A DNA stretch of 62,291 bases, filler included, from Squatina squatina (lineage: Eukaryota): the NCBI GenBank assembly GCA_031763465.1. It is 4 parts of 4 records of this genome, joined end to end, with 100 filler letters (N's around TTAATTAATTAA, not from the genome) between each part and the next. Parts side by side here need not be neighbours in the genome. Positions count along the whole stretch, not along the records: positions 50,063 to 62,291 come from JARFOE010000046.1; 3 more parts are not named here. One strand, 5' to 3'. Of this stretch, positions 50,063-62,291 are shown piece by piece. Below the pieces are notes generated by a model. It had not been told where the DNA came from. It saw only the letters and a program-made list of their open reading frames with translations, and did no database searches. Each line of letters opens with the position of its first letter. The first letter of the stretch is position 1. The position numbers were made by a program, and so were the translations under genes.

Positions 50063-53000
50063 CGTACTTTACTGGCTGTGGGAGTTGTATTTTTTTGACA
50101 AAGAACCATACACTTTCTGGTGAACCCTGGTCACTTGTCCAGAATTGTTCACTTATTATTGATTGGTTTAATTATAGGGCAATGAGTTCTTTCCCATCTG
50201 AAGACAAATCAGTGAATCTTGGTGAGACAAAAACTTCACTCCCATGATTTAGTAAAAAATAAATTGTCTGCTGAGCATCAGCATTTGCTGGTGAGACATT
50301 GCTTGTTGAAACTCACACTGCATTAAATGAAAAGGCAACCATTTTCACACCATGGCACACAAGACAACAACTTGCCAAGAAACGCAGCATATAAATAGAC
50401 TTCTCGGGAAGCAACTTAAACAGCTGCTGGAGTTGCATACTATATCATGTTGTGGGATCTTAATTATTTACAGCAATGTAATATGCAACATCAAATAAAC
50501 ATAAGAGCTGCTCAACAGGACACTAGGTGGTGTATTGGATCAGAAATTAATCCTTTCACCTTTGTGACCAGATTCCAAAACAGATAGGGTAAATGTTGAC
50601 AGCTGTTAAAACCAGAGTGTTGAAAGACATTTGTTCCTTGTTAAAGGACTACCATCTGTATTTAAAAAACGCAAGTGTTTGCAAGCATTTATTTACTGAT
50701 TTATAGGCTCGTGGTATGCTTAAGTAAATTGTCAAATGCTTCTCTGTGACAAAATTACATAATTTCTCCTCCATATACAAAAGATTTGCAAAAGAATGTT
50801 TCATGACGATAGTGCCACGTTCTGTTGACAAGAATTTATTATGTCACATAACAGCTGATCCTGGAACTTTCAATGAATGGAATATTATCTGTTTTTCCTG
50901 ATAGAAGATAGCTATCTAGACCACCCTGCCCCTGTCTGATGTCTCAGCTAATGTTGATTTAAATTATCTCCAGTACTAGATCCCTGTCAGTCACAGTCAA
51001 CATCTGGAATTCATTTCATCCTACATCAATTCCCAGTCCCGTCTCCTCTGACCTCTCTATCTGCTGCTTGTTTAAACTGCCCTCCCTTTGGGAGTTTTAC
51101 CTATCCTGGTTGGCATGCGAGTTTTATGTGCAGACAGGCTAGAAAGGTTTTACCAGTGTTTATAGGAACTGTGAAACATTCATAGGCCAATGCCGAGATT
51201 GAAATCTCCAAAACATAAACACATACAATGCTAAGGAATCTGACAAAAAAAGTAATAAATTCATTTAAAATTAGAATCTTTTATAATTTGTGAAATTGAT
51301 AGATTTTTTAATTGTTACTATTAGTATTTTTTACATGAGGGTTTACTTCAAACTGTGATTTTTTCCTCAGCCTCATAATCATTAAATAGTTACTGGATTA
51401 ACAGAAAATGGTTAAAGTTGACTTTTGTTAATATTCTTGAATGGAGCTCACTCTTTAGAAAACAGCTACCAGATGTTCAACAGTATTGCAAGTTATTCAC
51501 TGATTTATTGTACTTGGGGCAGTTGCAGTGTTTCCAGCACTAAACCTGCTAATGTCATCAGCTAGAAAATCACACGGCAAGTTTTTGTTTTCAATTGGCA
51601 CAACAAAATATATCTGTTGTATTTCAGATCATTCTCTTCGTTTCAGGCCTCAATGAAGCTCAAAATCGTTTCAAACAACCAGAACTTTTACAATGAGATA
51701 ATATAGCCAAANNNNNNNNNNNNNNNNNNNNNNNNNNNNNNNNNNNNNNNNNNNNNNNNNNNNNNNNNNNNNNNNNNNNNNNNNNNNNNNNNNNNNNNNN
51801 NNNNNNNNNNNTTTTCCTGTTTCTATAAGACACACAATTCTACAAACTACCAACTAGATATTCTACCTTTATAGATAGTAACAGCAGATTTTATGACAGT
51901 TTGAATTATGGTTTAGTTTGACTTTGAAGTTCACTCACACAAAATCTGAATAATATACCTGAATTTAATGAAAAAATGATTTGATTATTGCCTTGAGTCT
52001 TCTCTTTATTCTAACCACTAAAATTATACAGTTCAGCTAATCAGTGATTCTTCCTTTTGAAAACTCTTCCTTTATTCAAGAGCAGAAATCATTAGCAAAA
52101 TGTGATGCACCTTATTTTGCTTTTCCCTTTTTTTCCATAATAACCCAAGTTGGGGTAACAATTAACACAACCCTTTAGAAAACTGCGCATTGCCTCCTGA
52201 AATGCAATTAACTACAAATACACTTTCATGAGAAGTATCAGCGTTGTGTAATAAGCCAGATGCAGATTTCATCATTTAAAAGCTGCTAAAAAAAATGAAA
52301 TAGTGGACAATCTAGTTGGAAACATGGTTTACTGTGTCAGAAAATACTAAATATTCCACTATCTGGCACGTGGTCCAACTGGAATATGATCATGGCTTAA
52401 AGTTAAACAATAGCACTGTGATGCTGTCTTCAGAGTGAGTAATTTGATCACTTTGTCAGTGTCATCAGTTTGATTTACAAGATAGTAATACTTCAACATC
52501 TTAGCCACTTAGGTACTGAGTAAGGGATAATAGCAAACTGGTTAATACTAACTCATGCCATGTAAAGCCCAACTTTATATGAATTGCTGTATTATTCAAG
52601 CTATATTAAGGGCAAACACAGATACCATCTTAAGGTTTTCAGACACCACATCAACCAACATGTGATAAAACACACAAGCTATTTGATACAAGCACAATTG
52701 TCATTTGGGAGGAAGCACAGGACGGCTGAACATCATAAATAACAGTGGAAACACCTAATGGTTTACAATCACATGGGATTACTGCAAGTGTCACTATAAA
52801 TAACCTCTCTCCTTCCCCATCTTTGGTAGACCCCTTACTTCTGGGCTTCATATAAATGGCCTGCAACAGAACTTGATTACGGTAAGTGTGCATTCAGTAA
52901 TAGCTTAATGTAATATAATTACTTTTCACAACAGTTTAAAGTATATGTTTTCAAGTAATGTGTTTTAATTATTATAATTTCTAAATATTGACTACTTACA

Positions 53001-56000
53001 ACAGCTTGCATTTATATAATGCCCTTCATATAAATAAATGTATCTGAGGTGTTTTTACAGGGACACTGGAGAGGGAGACACTGAGTAGCAAATGAAAGAA
53101 CTCTGGAGNNNNNNNNNNNNNNNNNNNNNNNNNNNNNNNNNNNNNNNNNNNNNNNNNNNNNNNNNNNNNNNNNNNNNNNNNNNNNNNNNNNNNNNNNNNN
53201 NNNNNNNNCATTATCACTAAATTTTCATCTTCAAACTGTAACTGGAGGAACTTGAGGTGAGGCAATATATAAGTAACTAGTGGGCTAAAGGTAACAATAA
53301 GATTCAAAAATGTTTAAATAGTCCAAAGCAAGGCGAATAAATAGCCCTGGTTCTTCACTCAAAAATGATAAGGACTTTAACTTTAGCATTAGTCTATAGG
53401 TCAGTCAAGGCAAACATGCATGAAGCACGTAACTTCTTTGATTTCAGGGGCTGTAGTGTATCCTACTGTGCTAAGAGCTAAGCACAGAATTCATTCTATT
53501 CAAGCTCACATATTAAGAACAAAATATGCATTATGTTATTAAAATGTTTCAGACACTGTATTAACCTTGATTTATGAAAGTCTTGGCACATTTTTTCACT
53601 TGTTTACAAACACCTATATGCCATGATCCCATAATCTAATCAATTGCACATGATTGCCTCAAGACAAAAATTCCTCTCCACTCCCTTCCCCTTTAGGAAT
53701 TGGTGTACAAAGCATTTTTTTCATGATGCCGCCCATAGTTTAATTCTCTTATTTTTTTTTTACTAATTATTATATTATTCTTAACATAGGAAGTCTTCTG
53801 TCAAATTCATAAACAAGAGATTTGGAAATCTTAACTATTTTAATTCTTATTATTTTGAAGACTTCAGAGGAAGGGAACCCTGTCATGTTATCTCTTTTAA
53901 ATAATTGAAAGCTGTAATTGTGGGTAAGACAAAGTGACCTCACCTCAAGCTTTACATTATCGAATCAGCCACAAGCCGTTATGCACCACTGACCTATCAG
54001 ATGTCGTTGACTTGAAAGGGCAAGTTGTTATGATGAAATATCTTAAAATTAAAATGACTTATGCCCGACCACTCATAAAGCAAAATTCAGAGTGATACTA
54101 CTAAAATTGGTTAAACTTTAGCTGGAAGATCTGGCTACTAAGTTAATGGTCCTGTCATACACCAATCATGTAAGAAATACACTGGAGCAAAGGTCAGGAT
54201 GGGCAAAGAAATGCCATATAAACAGAATTTCATAAACAGGACAGAGTGATAGCTGTCAAAGTAGAAGGCAATTTTCAAAGAAGAAATCACACTTGTTGGT
54301 TAGGTCTAGTCCACAATTACACAGAACATAAAATGTATCATGCTTAAGTCACACAATAATGCAAGTGGAAGAATATAGACCAAGATAGCAATTTTTTTAA
54401 TGGCAAATGTTTTATCACTACAGCTATTCAAATTGGAATTGTCTTTGAATAAGAACTTTAAAACCAAGTTTTTCATAGTGACTAGGGCTCTCGTTAATCC
54501 AAAATGACTTAAATTTGTAACATTGTAGTGTTAGCATGGGGTACACAAAGGATATCTAGGTTTCACAAACAGTTACTTGGACAAATCTCAGCAGAGACTT
54601 GAGATTTTTGTTAAAAATGGCGGCAACAGCTACCAAAATGTCGGACACTAAGGGATAAACGTGTGCCCCACAGAGCCCACCTGGGACACCCAGGACACAA
54701 AGGAAACATCTATGAATGAGAATTCAACTGTCTCACCCTGGCAACAGTTGAATGTGAGGGAAAGAAGGAAGTGAAATAATGTAGTGAGATACACGCAAGA
54801 AAAGCAGAAAGAAACATTGAAAAAAAATTAAACTGGAGAACAAAAGAGACATAAAAAGAAATGTTGCATTGTGCTTAATCAATATTTGCATACAAATACT
54901 GAAACTTTATGAAATATGAAAACGCCTGCTATTTTAACACATGTATAAAATAATATGTTAATATTTGAGTGACATAAATTTAAGGCCAAAAAAAGGGAAG
55001 AGGGAGAAACAAAGACAGTGTGATAAGCAAACAGAAACAGACTGAGAAAAATCAAGTAAAGCAAAAAAGCTGAAAGTGGGATAAGCAAAGAGACTGAAAA
55101 ATGAAGGAAGGAAAGCCGAGAGAGAAACAAATGGAAGTGTTGGAGCAACGAAGGCAAGAAACTCAGGAGAAGGGATTGGGGTTGGTGGGAGAAACAGAGA
55201 AATACACATGCAGAAAACAAAGAGAAACAGAGAGCCAAAAACAAAGACTAAGGAACAAAGAAAGAGGGAGAAACAGGAGTAAATATATGTATTCTTAAAT
55301 CAAAATCTATTTGTCCCTACTTCTACTAATGTGTTCATACTTGATTATTTCCACAGGAAAGCCTGGGAGAAAACTGCAAGAAATGTGCAGTTACTATAAA
55401 TGTTCGATCATTATTTGGGAGCACTAAGTGGTAGATTAGGTAAATGTTTGGAACGCGTCATATTTATACAAAAATAATGATATATTTTAAATTCGGAAAT
55501 ATCTGAACGAGCCTTTAAAAAGCATTGATGCTGAATCATTTCATTATTTCAATCCCTATAGCATTATTCTTCAATGAAACTGATGAAAGGAGGGAGAGCT
55601 TTCAAACTCCGTGGTTGTCAATTATAATAGGGATTCCAGGCATTTTTATTTAGAGGTTTTAAGCAATTATTTACATGAAAGTCCTCGGCATTCCCACTTC
55701 CAAATTTAATTGTATAATTTTACATCGTGTCATAAAGTAAAACGACTCATGGTGTTTGATAAGAAAACTTTGCATTAAACATTTATTTAGGAATCTCTAC
55801 ATATAAAGTGAAAATAAAATTCATCTAATTGCAAAATAGTTAAATAAAATATTAAAATTTACAGGCATAAGTCAAATTACAGGCATTAGAAGTGAATTGT
55901 TGAGTTGCCTGGAGTCAGTATGGTTTGACCTGTCGAAAAGGCTGAGCAGTCTTTTGTGAGCAGCAAATACCTGCCCAAGAACACCCAGCAGGTACGTGGC

Positions 56001-57014
56001 TAATGTTAGAGAAAACTTTTCCTATTTATTGATTGATTCTGTAAAATGTAAAGCGGCAAAACGTTAGGATGCAAAAATAATCCCCCAAAATATGGCAAGA
56101 CCGAAAAAACGATCCTTACATTATTAAATGCAAAGATAGTAGAGAATTATCAAAACCAACATCCGGATTGAAACGTGGCAAAGNNNNNNNNNNNNNNNNN
56201 NNNNNNNNNNNNNNNNNNNNNNNNNNNNNNNNNNNNNNNNNNNNNNNNNNNNNNNNNNNNNNNNNNNNNNNNNNNNNNNNNNNACCAGTTGAAAACCTAA
56301 CTATCTTTCTAACTGCCCCCAGTAAAATGCGAGTATCTGAGCTGTTGCATGGTAAACATGAGTCCTATGATGGTGTCCCCTCTGGAAGAAACCAGTTCCT
56401 CTAAGGATTCGTCATCCTTGAGGTCCTGCTACACATGTGGGATGCCCTGGCAGAGAGAAAAGATATGAATTCATACTGGCAAGGTAAGTTTGTTGCAACT
56501 TATCATTATGAAGATGATCACATTTCACTCACTGTTGCTGTACGACATGTGAATCTCTGATATTTAATTGTCACCAGGTAGCTGAGAGCTCCCCAACTCC
56601 AATGGCCAGTGATGCCGAAACGCCATTGATCTCCAGTACTTCCTCCCCTGCAGTTGTCAGCTGGGCAATCTGTGGTGGACCACATCCAGCTGGTGTTGCA
56701 TGCTCTCTTCTGCAGCCAAGGAAAGGACAGAACTATGAGTGATTGTAAGGGCATGTGTTCACTCGATGGATGCAGTGCATTTGTTAAGAATAACTTTCAG
56801 GGAGGGGCATGAAATTCCAAAAGGATGAGGGTGCATGGCAGTGGTGGATGGATAGATGGTGATGTGAGGAAAAGCATAGAAAGAGAAGGATCTGTAACAA
56901 TTGCAAGGTAAGTAGGTATGAGGAGTGATATGATGGAGTAGACTTGACAAGGCAAAGTGAGGGGGTGGGCTGATGTGCACAGCAGGATGTAGGTGAATGT
57001 GCAACTATACTCGC

Positions 57015-57240
57015 CTTTCCTAAGCTGGTGAGGTCATTAAAGCACTTCCTGCACTGAATCCAGGAGCATGGCATAATGTTCCTGCTACTGATCTCCTCAG
57101 CCATCTCCAATCATGCCTTCTTTGTGGCAGCAGCTGGTTTCTTCTTCCCATTGCTGGATGAGAGTATCTTTCTCCAGCTCCTCACTGACCCAAGCAGCCC
57201 ATCAAGGGAGGTGTCATTGAAGCTGGTGCAGTGTCCTGAA
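57015..57240 (-). mobile_element. Degenerate Myb/SANT-like exon of a Harbinger transposon
   Basis: SFNDTSLDGLLGSVRSWRKIL..KKPAAATKKA*LEMAEEISSRNIMPCSWIQCRKCFNDLTSLGK, then a decayed donor GCGAGT; same family as 3623-3759. Confidence 0.7.
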
Positions 57241-57863
57241 TCCATTGTCACGCCTTATCTTTTCTTGCTTCCAAATCTAAATTCCATTTTTGGATTGACC
57301 CATTAAATACTGAAGTTGCGATCACATCACTCCCGCTACCACGCAACCGATTCAAATCCGGAAGTAAAATGTAATGAGCTCACTGCGTTAAAATGCTACT
57401 TAGAGATGCACTGAAGTTCTGGGTTTCCCACGCCCTACCCACTCCCAACGCACCTTCAAGTTAATATCTGAGTCATTTTGACCGATTTCTCCCCTGCTCT
57501 CCTAGGACTACTATCTATATATGGACGCAGTGAGATCGTTCATGCCATCATCGCTATTCCCACTAGTGATCATATAACTCAGACACATTATTAATAATAT
57601 GGAGCCACTTCCCAAGGTATGCCATGATGTTACTAATGCCATACAGTTCCCAAAATGCCAGATAAGCTTACTCTATAGGATCACCTTTATAGATTCTACT
57701 GTGACCATCATATTTTGACCTTTGTTTTCTCCACAGGAAGGATTTGGGGATTGAATTATGTTTNNNNNNNNNNNNNNNNNNNNNNNNNNNNNNNNNNNNN
57801 NNNNNNNNNNNNNNNNNNNNNNNNNNNNNNNNNNNNNNNNNNNNNNNNNNNNNNNNNNNNNNN

Positions 57864-58010
57864 CTGACTGTAAGGGACCTACATTTGTCTTCACTAATCT
57901 TTTTCTCTTTACATATTTGTAGAAGCTTTTACAGTCTGTTATTATGTTCCTAGCAAGTTTACGCTCATACTCCATTTTTCCCCTCTTAATCAATCTCTTT
58001 GTCCTCCATA
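57864..58010 (-). mobile_element. CR1 ORF2 fragment (between APE and RT)
   Basis: KRGKMEYERKLARNIITDCKSFYKYVKRKRLVKTNVGPLQS. Confidence 0.85.
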
Positions 58011-60078
58011 CTGGAAAATCCCAGAATCCTGTGTAATAAAAACATAATTTGACTTATTTGGTCACTGTAAATCAGTGACCCTGTCCTGTAAATTATTTCT
58101 GTATAGATGCTCAAGAAACTGGGCAGATCAGATGCCACAGACTGCACCACCTACAACTGATTACGCTTTAAAATTTGAAAAGAATACTAAACCAATTAAT
58201 CTCTGTTGGAACAGAATCAGGCCTTTGAACTAAACAGCCATCAGTGTGCTCACCATCATAAAAAAAGCTTTCTGGAACTCTGAAAATGTCCTATAACATT
58301 CTGCTCAATGTTTCAAAACAGAATAAAAACCCTTGTGGGATTTTAATTCCTCAAATATATATATATGGTGTGCTGCAGAAACTGTAAATAAACATTGTAC
58401 ATCATCTTATAAGATTTATTGGAATTTCAAAGGTAGTATTTTTGCAATGAGAATTTCTGCTATGTATCCAAATGTGAGTCAAAACCATGTTTTCAGGAGA
58501 CATTCTGATTAATAAAAAAAGAAAAAAAAATCAGACATACCATATATTAAATTTTATGTTGATGACATCCAAATGTTGACTAGACTAATCATCATAGGGG
58601 ACTACTATGAAAGACCTAGCTATTCTTTCTCCATCATTGGTGCTCTCTCATACAGCCTCAGAAAGCAACCATTTTCTACTTAAGACAGCTGCAAAGGTGA
58701 CCTTCACTGTGCAGAACAATAACATGCAACAGCAACTGTGAGATCAAGGCCAGTAGCCTTCTGCTTCTAGAATACTGAACGTTGAACAAAAAATAATCTT
58801 TGGTTCCTTGACGGCAGCCTTGTTTCATGAAATGTCTCATTTATTTTCATCATTTCACAGATCACAAGTAATGTAATTTTGTTACCTGTGTTTTTTTAAG
58901 CTTTACTTGAGGGAGTCTAACCTTAAATTTTCTCTCCATTAGTTAACCAATGCATCTCTCTTAGAAACATAGCAAAGAGCATGAGCAGGACAAACCATTG
59001 CTGTCCACCTGGCCAGTCTCACTATACAAAAAGGATGAATTCTCTTCAAACTTTGAAAACTATAAACTTATTTTTGATCCTGTTAGCGACTGATGAAATG
59101 CATACAGTTTTCTGGGAACAATGATCAGCACATCTTTGCAAAGAAGCATCTTTAGGTTCATTCATTCTGGCATTAACAGTGGCCTGACTTGTCATACTGG
59201 CTTTTGCACATCTTGGCCTTGAGAATATCAAATGCCAGTGTTGAAAGTTCACTTTCAGAGATGAAAATTTTCACCCAGCAGAATGGCACATTGAAACTCA
59301 AACAGACTTTGCCACCTTTTCCTATTGGTGCAGAGAATGTTTATAATTTTTTGTAAATGAAATAAAGTCTATATTGTGTCTATATATCTCAACATCAAAN
59401 NNNNNNNNNNNNNNNNNNNNNNNNNNNNNNNNNNNNNNNNNNNNNNNNNNNNNNNNNNNNNNNNNNNNNNNNNNNNNNNNNNNNNNNNNNNNNNNNNNNG
59501 TAACACAGTGCCTGCCTGTCACTTTCCCTCTATAGGAGACACAGACAGGAAGGAAGGGGTTGTACCTCACTCAAAAGTTATTTTTCCTGCAACAGATGCA
59601 CCAGTTTAAATGAAAACCAACACAAGTTTTTTCAGCTGTCTGAATGTACAAGCTAAGCTCCCTTTGTATTCATGCAGGGCTCCCAAATTTCAAAACATTA
59701 CAGGAGTGAAAGTTTTTCCTGCTGGCAACTTTAGTGAAAAATTTGTGCCGAGATCAAAACAGAAGATCCTTCGCAGGAAGAGTTTCATCTCTTATGTTAT
59801 AGGGTTCAACATTTTAAAGGAACGGGCATTAATTCACATGAGTGAGTCACAGGATACTGTAATACAACAGGGGCATTCTCAACAACTTGCATGAACGAAA
59901 GTGTTACTGGAAATAAATATGACACAGGAAGTGGATACGTATTAATTTTTTTATATACATACATACAGTGAAACCTGTAAATTAGCAACACCTTCGGGAC
60001 TGGCATCAACTATCCTTTTTTTTGAAGGTGTCCGCATTTTCAAAATCACCATTGTACGTACTGTAAAGAATTTCAGTA

Positions 60079-60217
60079 GAATGGAGAGTTCTTTACCCAG
60101 CATCCATAGTGCCAGAGAAACCGCTCTATCCTTGGGAGAGAGCCATGCAAACATTCAATCCCAGAGATAGAGCAGTTTCTCTGCTGCTGTGCATTCTGGG
60201 TACAGAGCTCCCCATTC
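60079..60217. repeat. Long inverted repeat: 59-bp arms, 21-bp spacer
   Basis: 60079-60137 aligns without gaps to the reverse complement of 60159-60217 at 47/59 positions. Confidence 0.9.
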
Positions 60218-61409
60218 CACAAAATCCGTTTCTTTCACAAAACCCGCTGCCGCCTCGCGCTGACCGGCATACACAAACATCTCAAACATTTGGGGGAAGG
60301 AAGGAAGCAAGCTGCAAGGGGAAGTGCTAGAGAGCCCGACTCAGCGAAAAGATCCTGATACAGCAGCTTTGCAACAGGCTGTGTCCGTTTTTTAAGTTGC
60401 AACAGGGTTTGGTGCATGGCTAACAGTAGTTCGTAATGTGAGAGTGTCCATGGTTTCAGAATGCCTCTTGTATATTTTACCATACAAGATATTTGGGTCT
60501 CAATAACTGTCTTTGGTTTTGCAGGTGTCAGTTTATACAGGTTTCACTGTAACTGCAAAATGGTACATGAACTCCTGGGTTCCTCAGTTAATTAACCAAA
60601 AGCAAGCATTGAGCAACTAAGTATTTGATGTTTAGAAAGCTTAGAAAACTTGTATGCCAAGTTAAAAGACAAACTAACACCTTAGACCAGTATGACTGCA
60701 GTGAATTCTTGAGGGCACATGGAGGACAGCATGAAAAGCAGAACATATAAAATCTGTAAAAAGGCACACATCGCCAAGGATGCACTACTGGACAAGGGGC
60801 GTCTTATGTGCACTGGCATGGTATACAGAACTGTACATCAAGGAGACAGACACGCTGTTCTTGCACACAAACCAAGCAGCACATTTCAGTTCATTTTACA
60901 CAAAGTGAAGTATTGCCACTCCGTATTACTAGATTTTACTTCTCTTGGAATAAGAGTACTGTCCCATAATCACTGCAAGAGTGTGTTTTGGTTCCAATGA
61001 ACAACCACAGAAATACACAGCAAGATCACCTCAATAGTATCTTGTATTGCCTCATAATTTGTTCTTTCTCCAACCTTTTGGGAGCAATTTGGTTCATGTA
61101 ATTAGAGTAGACTACAGATTCACCGAGTAGTTCAACAGGTGCTGTGCAAGCAAGACTTCATGGGACCATAAAATAAGTGGGACAAGGACAAATAATTCAG
61201 GATTTAGAAAAATGCTCAGTTAAATTCTCACACCTTTTTCAGGAACAATGAAATTAGCATCTACAAACCACTCTTCATAAGTGAATTATTACATTGTGGT
61301 TAAACAGCACTGGATTTGGCCAATGACTCCTTAATCAGCTTTAATTTAAAAACTAAAAGGACAGTGCTTCACCTGTGAACCTATTTACTATCAGTTATGG
61401 GAAACATTT

Positions 61410-61795
61410 ATTTTCTAGCCTAGCAAGTAAATTAGAGGATAAGTCCACATAGGACAGAAAGCCTCAGGTTTCACCACCTTTCGGTGAGGAGTCAGCTGAT
61501 CTCAACCAAGGTGGTGGTAGAGGTGCCGTTGGACTTGTTGGGGAGGGTTGGAGACATTAGCCTGGGTTCCCACTCTTGATTGCTACCCCACAGCAAAGTG
61601 CCTATGTCCCGATGTTGGATGAGAACAGGATCAGCCTCAGCTGCGATGCGTGTCGTGGCTCAATACCCTGTCAACGCAACTGAGGCTCACACAAAAAGAT
61701 CAGCTGTCTGGGTGAAGTACCAGGGGGGTAACTAGTGCCCTTGGAAGTGTGCACCAGCACAAGTCAGCACCTTGAGGATGGAGAAAAATGGCAAA
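61410..61795 (+). mobile_element. Second, older SINE-like family
   Basis: GAGTCAGCTGATCTCAACCA..GATGTTGGATGAGAACAGGATCAGCCTCAGCTG..AGTCAGCACCTT. Confidence 0.5.
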
Positions 61796-62009
61796 AAGAA
61801 GGAATTCCCAGATGCTGAGTGCCTGAGTCCAAGGAATCAGTCTGAGCTGGTGCACAGGCTATTTACAGAATACTGAGCAAGTAATTGTCTTTGGCCTTTC
61901 AGCAGAGGATGGAGTAAGGAAACCAAAAGAGAAGGTAACGAAACCTTATTGCTGAAGTGAGGAGATGGTTTTTAACCCTGTACACAGTGCAGAATAGCTC
62001 ACCTTGATT

Positions 62010-62291
62010 TACTATTCTACGTCATGTCTACTACCTGTGAGGACAAGGAGAAAGACTGCAGGGAGGACAGCCACAATGTAGACTGAGGCATCGTGGCTCA
62101 GAACGCTGTCCAAGGTGGGGAAGAGCAGAATAGAAATGTGGTAGTGATCGGGGACTCTATAATGAGGAGGATAGATAGTGCCCTCTGCAGCCAAGAACGA
62201 GAATCCCGAAGCGTGTGTTACCTACCCAGTGCCAGGGTAAGGGATATCTCGGGCGGCTTGAGAGGAACTGGGAAAGGGAAGGGGGAAAAAG
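62010..62291 (+). mobile_element. CR1 LINE ORF1 fragment (SGNH/GDSL esterase-like domain)
   Basis: NRNVVVIGDSIMRRIDSALCSQERESRSVCYLPSARVRDISG. Confidence 0.75.

Noticed and set aside
59340-59399. AATAAA in 3'-UTR-like context
   Set aside because: No linked exon, and the hexamer is common in AT-rich DNA.
79-59609. The many ORF-track entries containing X runs
   Set aside because: They are open only because they span N gaps.

Overview
Eukaryotic, repeat-rich draft genome sequence, most likely from a cartilaginous fish. That taxon call is inferred from the repeat set: SacSINE1-like Deu-SINEs, CR1, L2, RTE, Penelope termini and Harbinger remnants. The window is not contiguous DNA. It is many 0.3-5 kb contigs joined mostly by 100-N gaps (a few 10-N), plus three artificial 44N-TTAATTAATTAA-44N linkers that split it into four blocks: 1-18043, 18144-34667, 34768-49962 and 50063-62291. 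All recognisable host exons lie in block 3: the first coding exon of KDM8/JMJD5, a pseudogenised Siglec/CD22-like Ig exon (minus strand), the last (cytoplasmic) exon of an IL21R-like receptor, and a PDPK1 kinase exon followed by a U12-type donor. KDM8, IL21R and PDPK1 are all on human 16p. The IL21R-like tail stops where a 2.9-kb, 28-bp minisatellite begins. I found no prokaryote-type system (CRISPR, operon) and no clearly new multi-gene system. Best leads: the truncated IL21R tail, a 139-bp inverted repeat carrying two ZNF143/Staf-like sites, an Arg at a conserved hydrophobic position of PDPK1, and a precise 33-bp microinversion inside a CR1 copy. Family names and protein comparisons come from recalled sequences, not from database searches.
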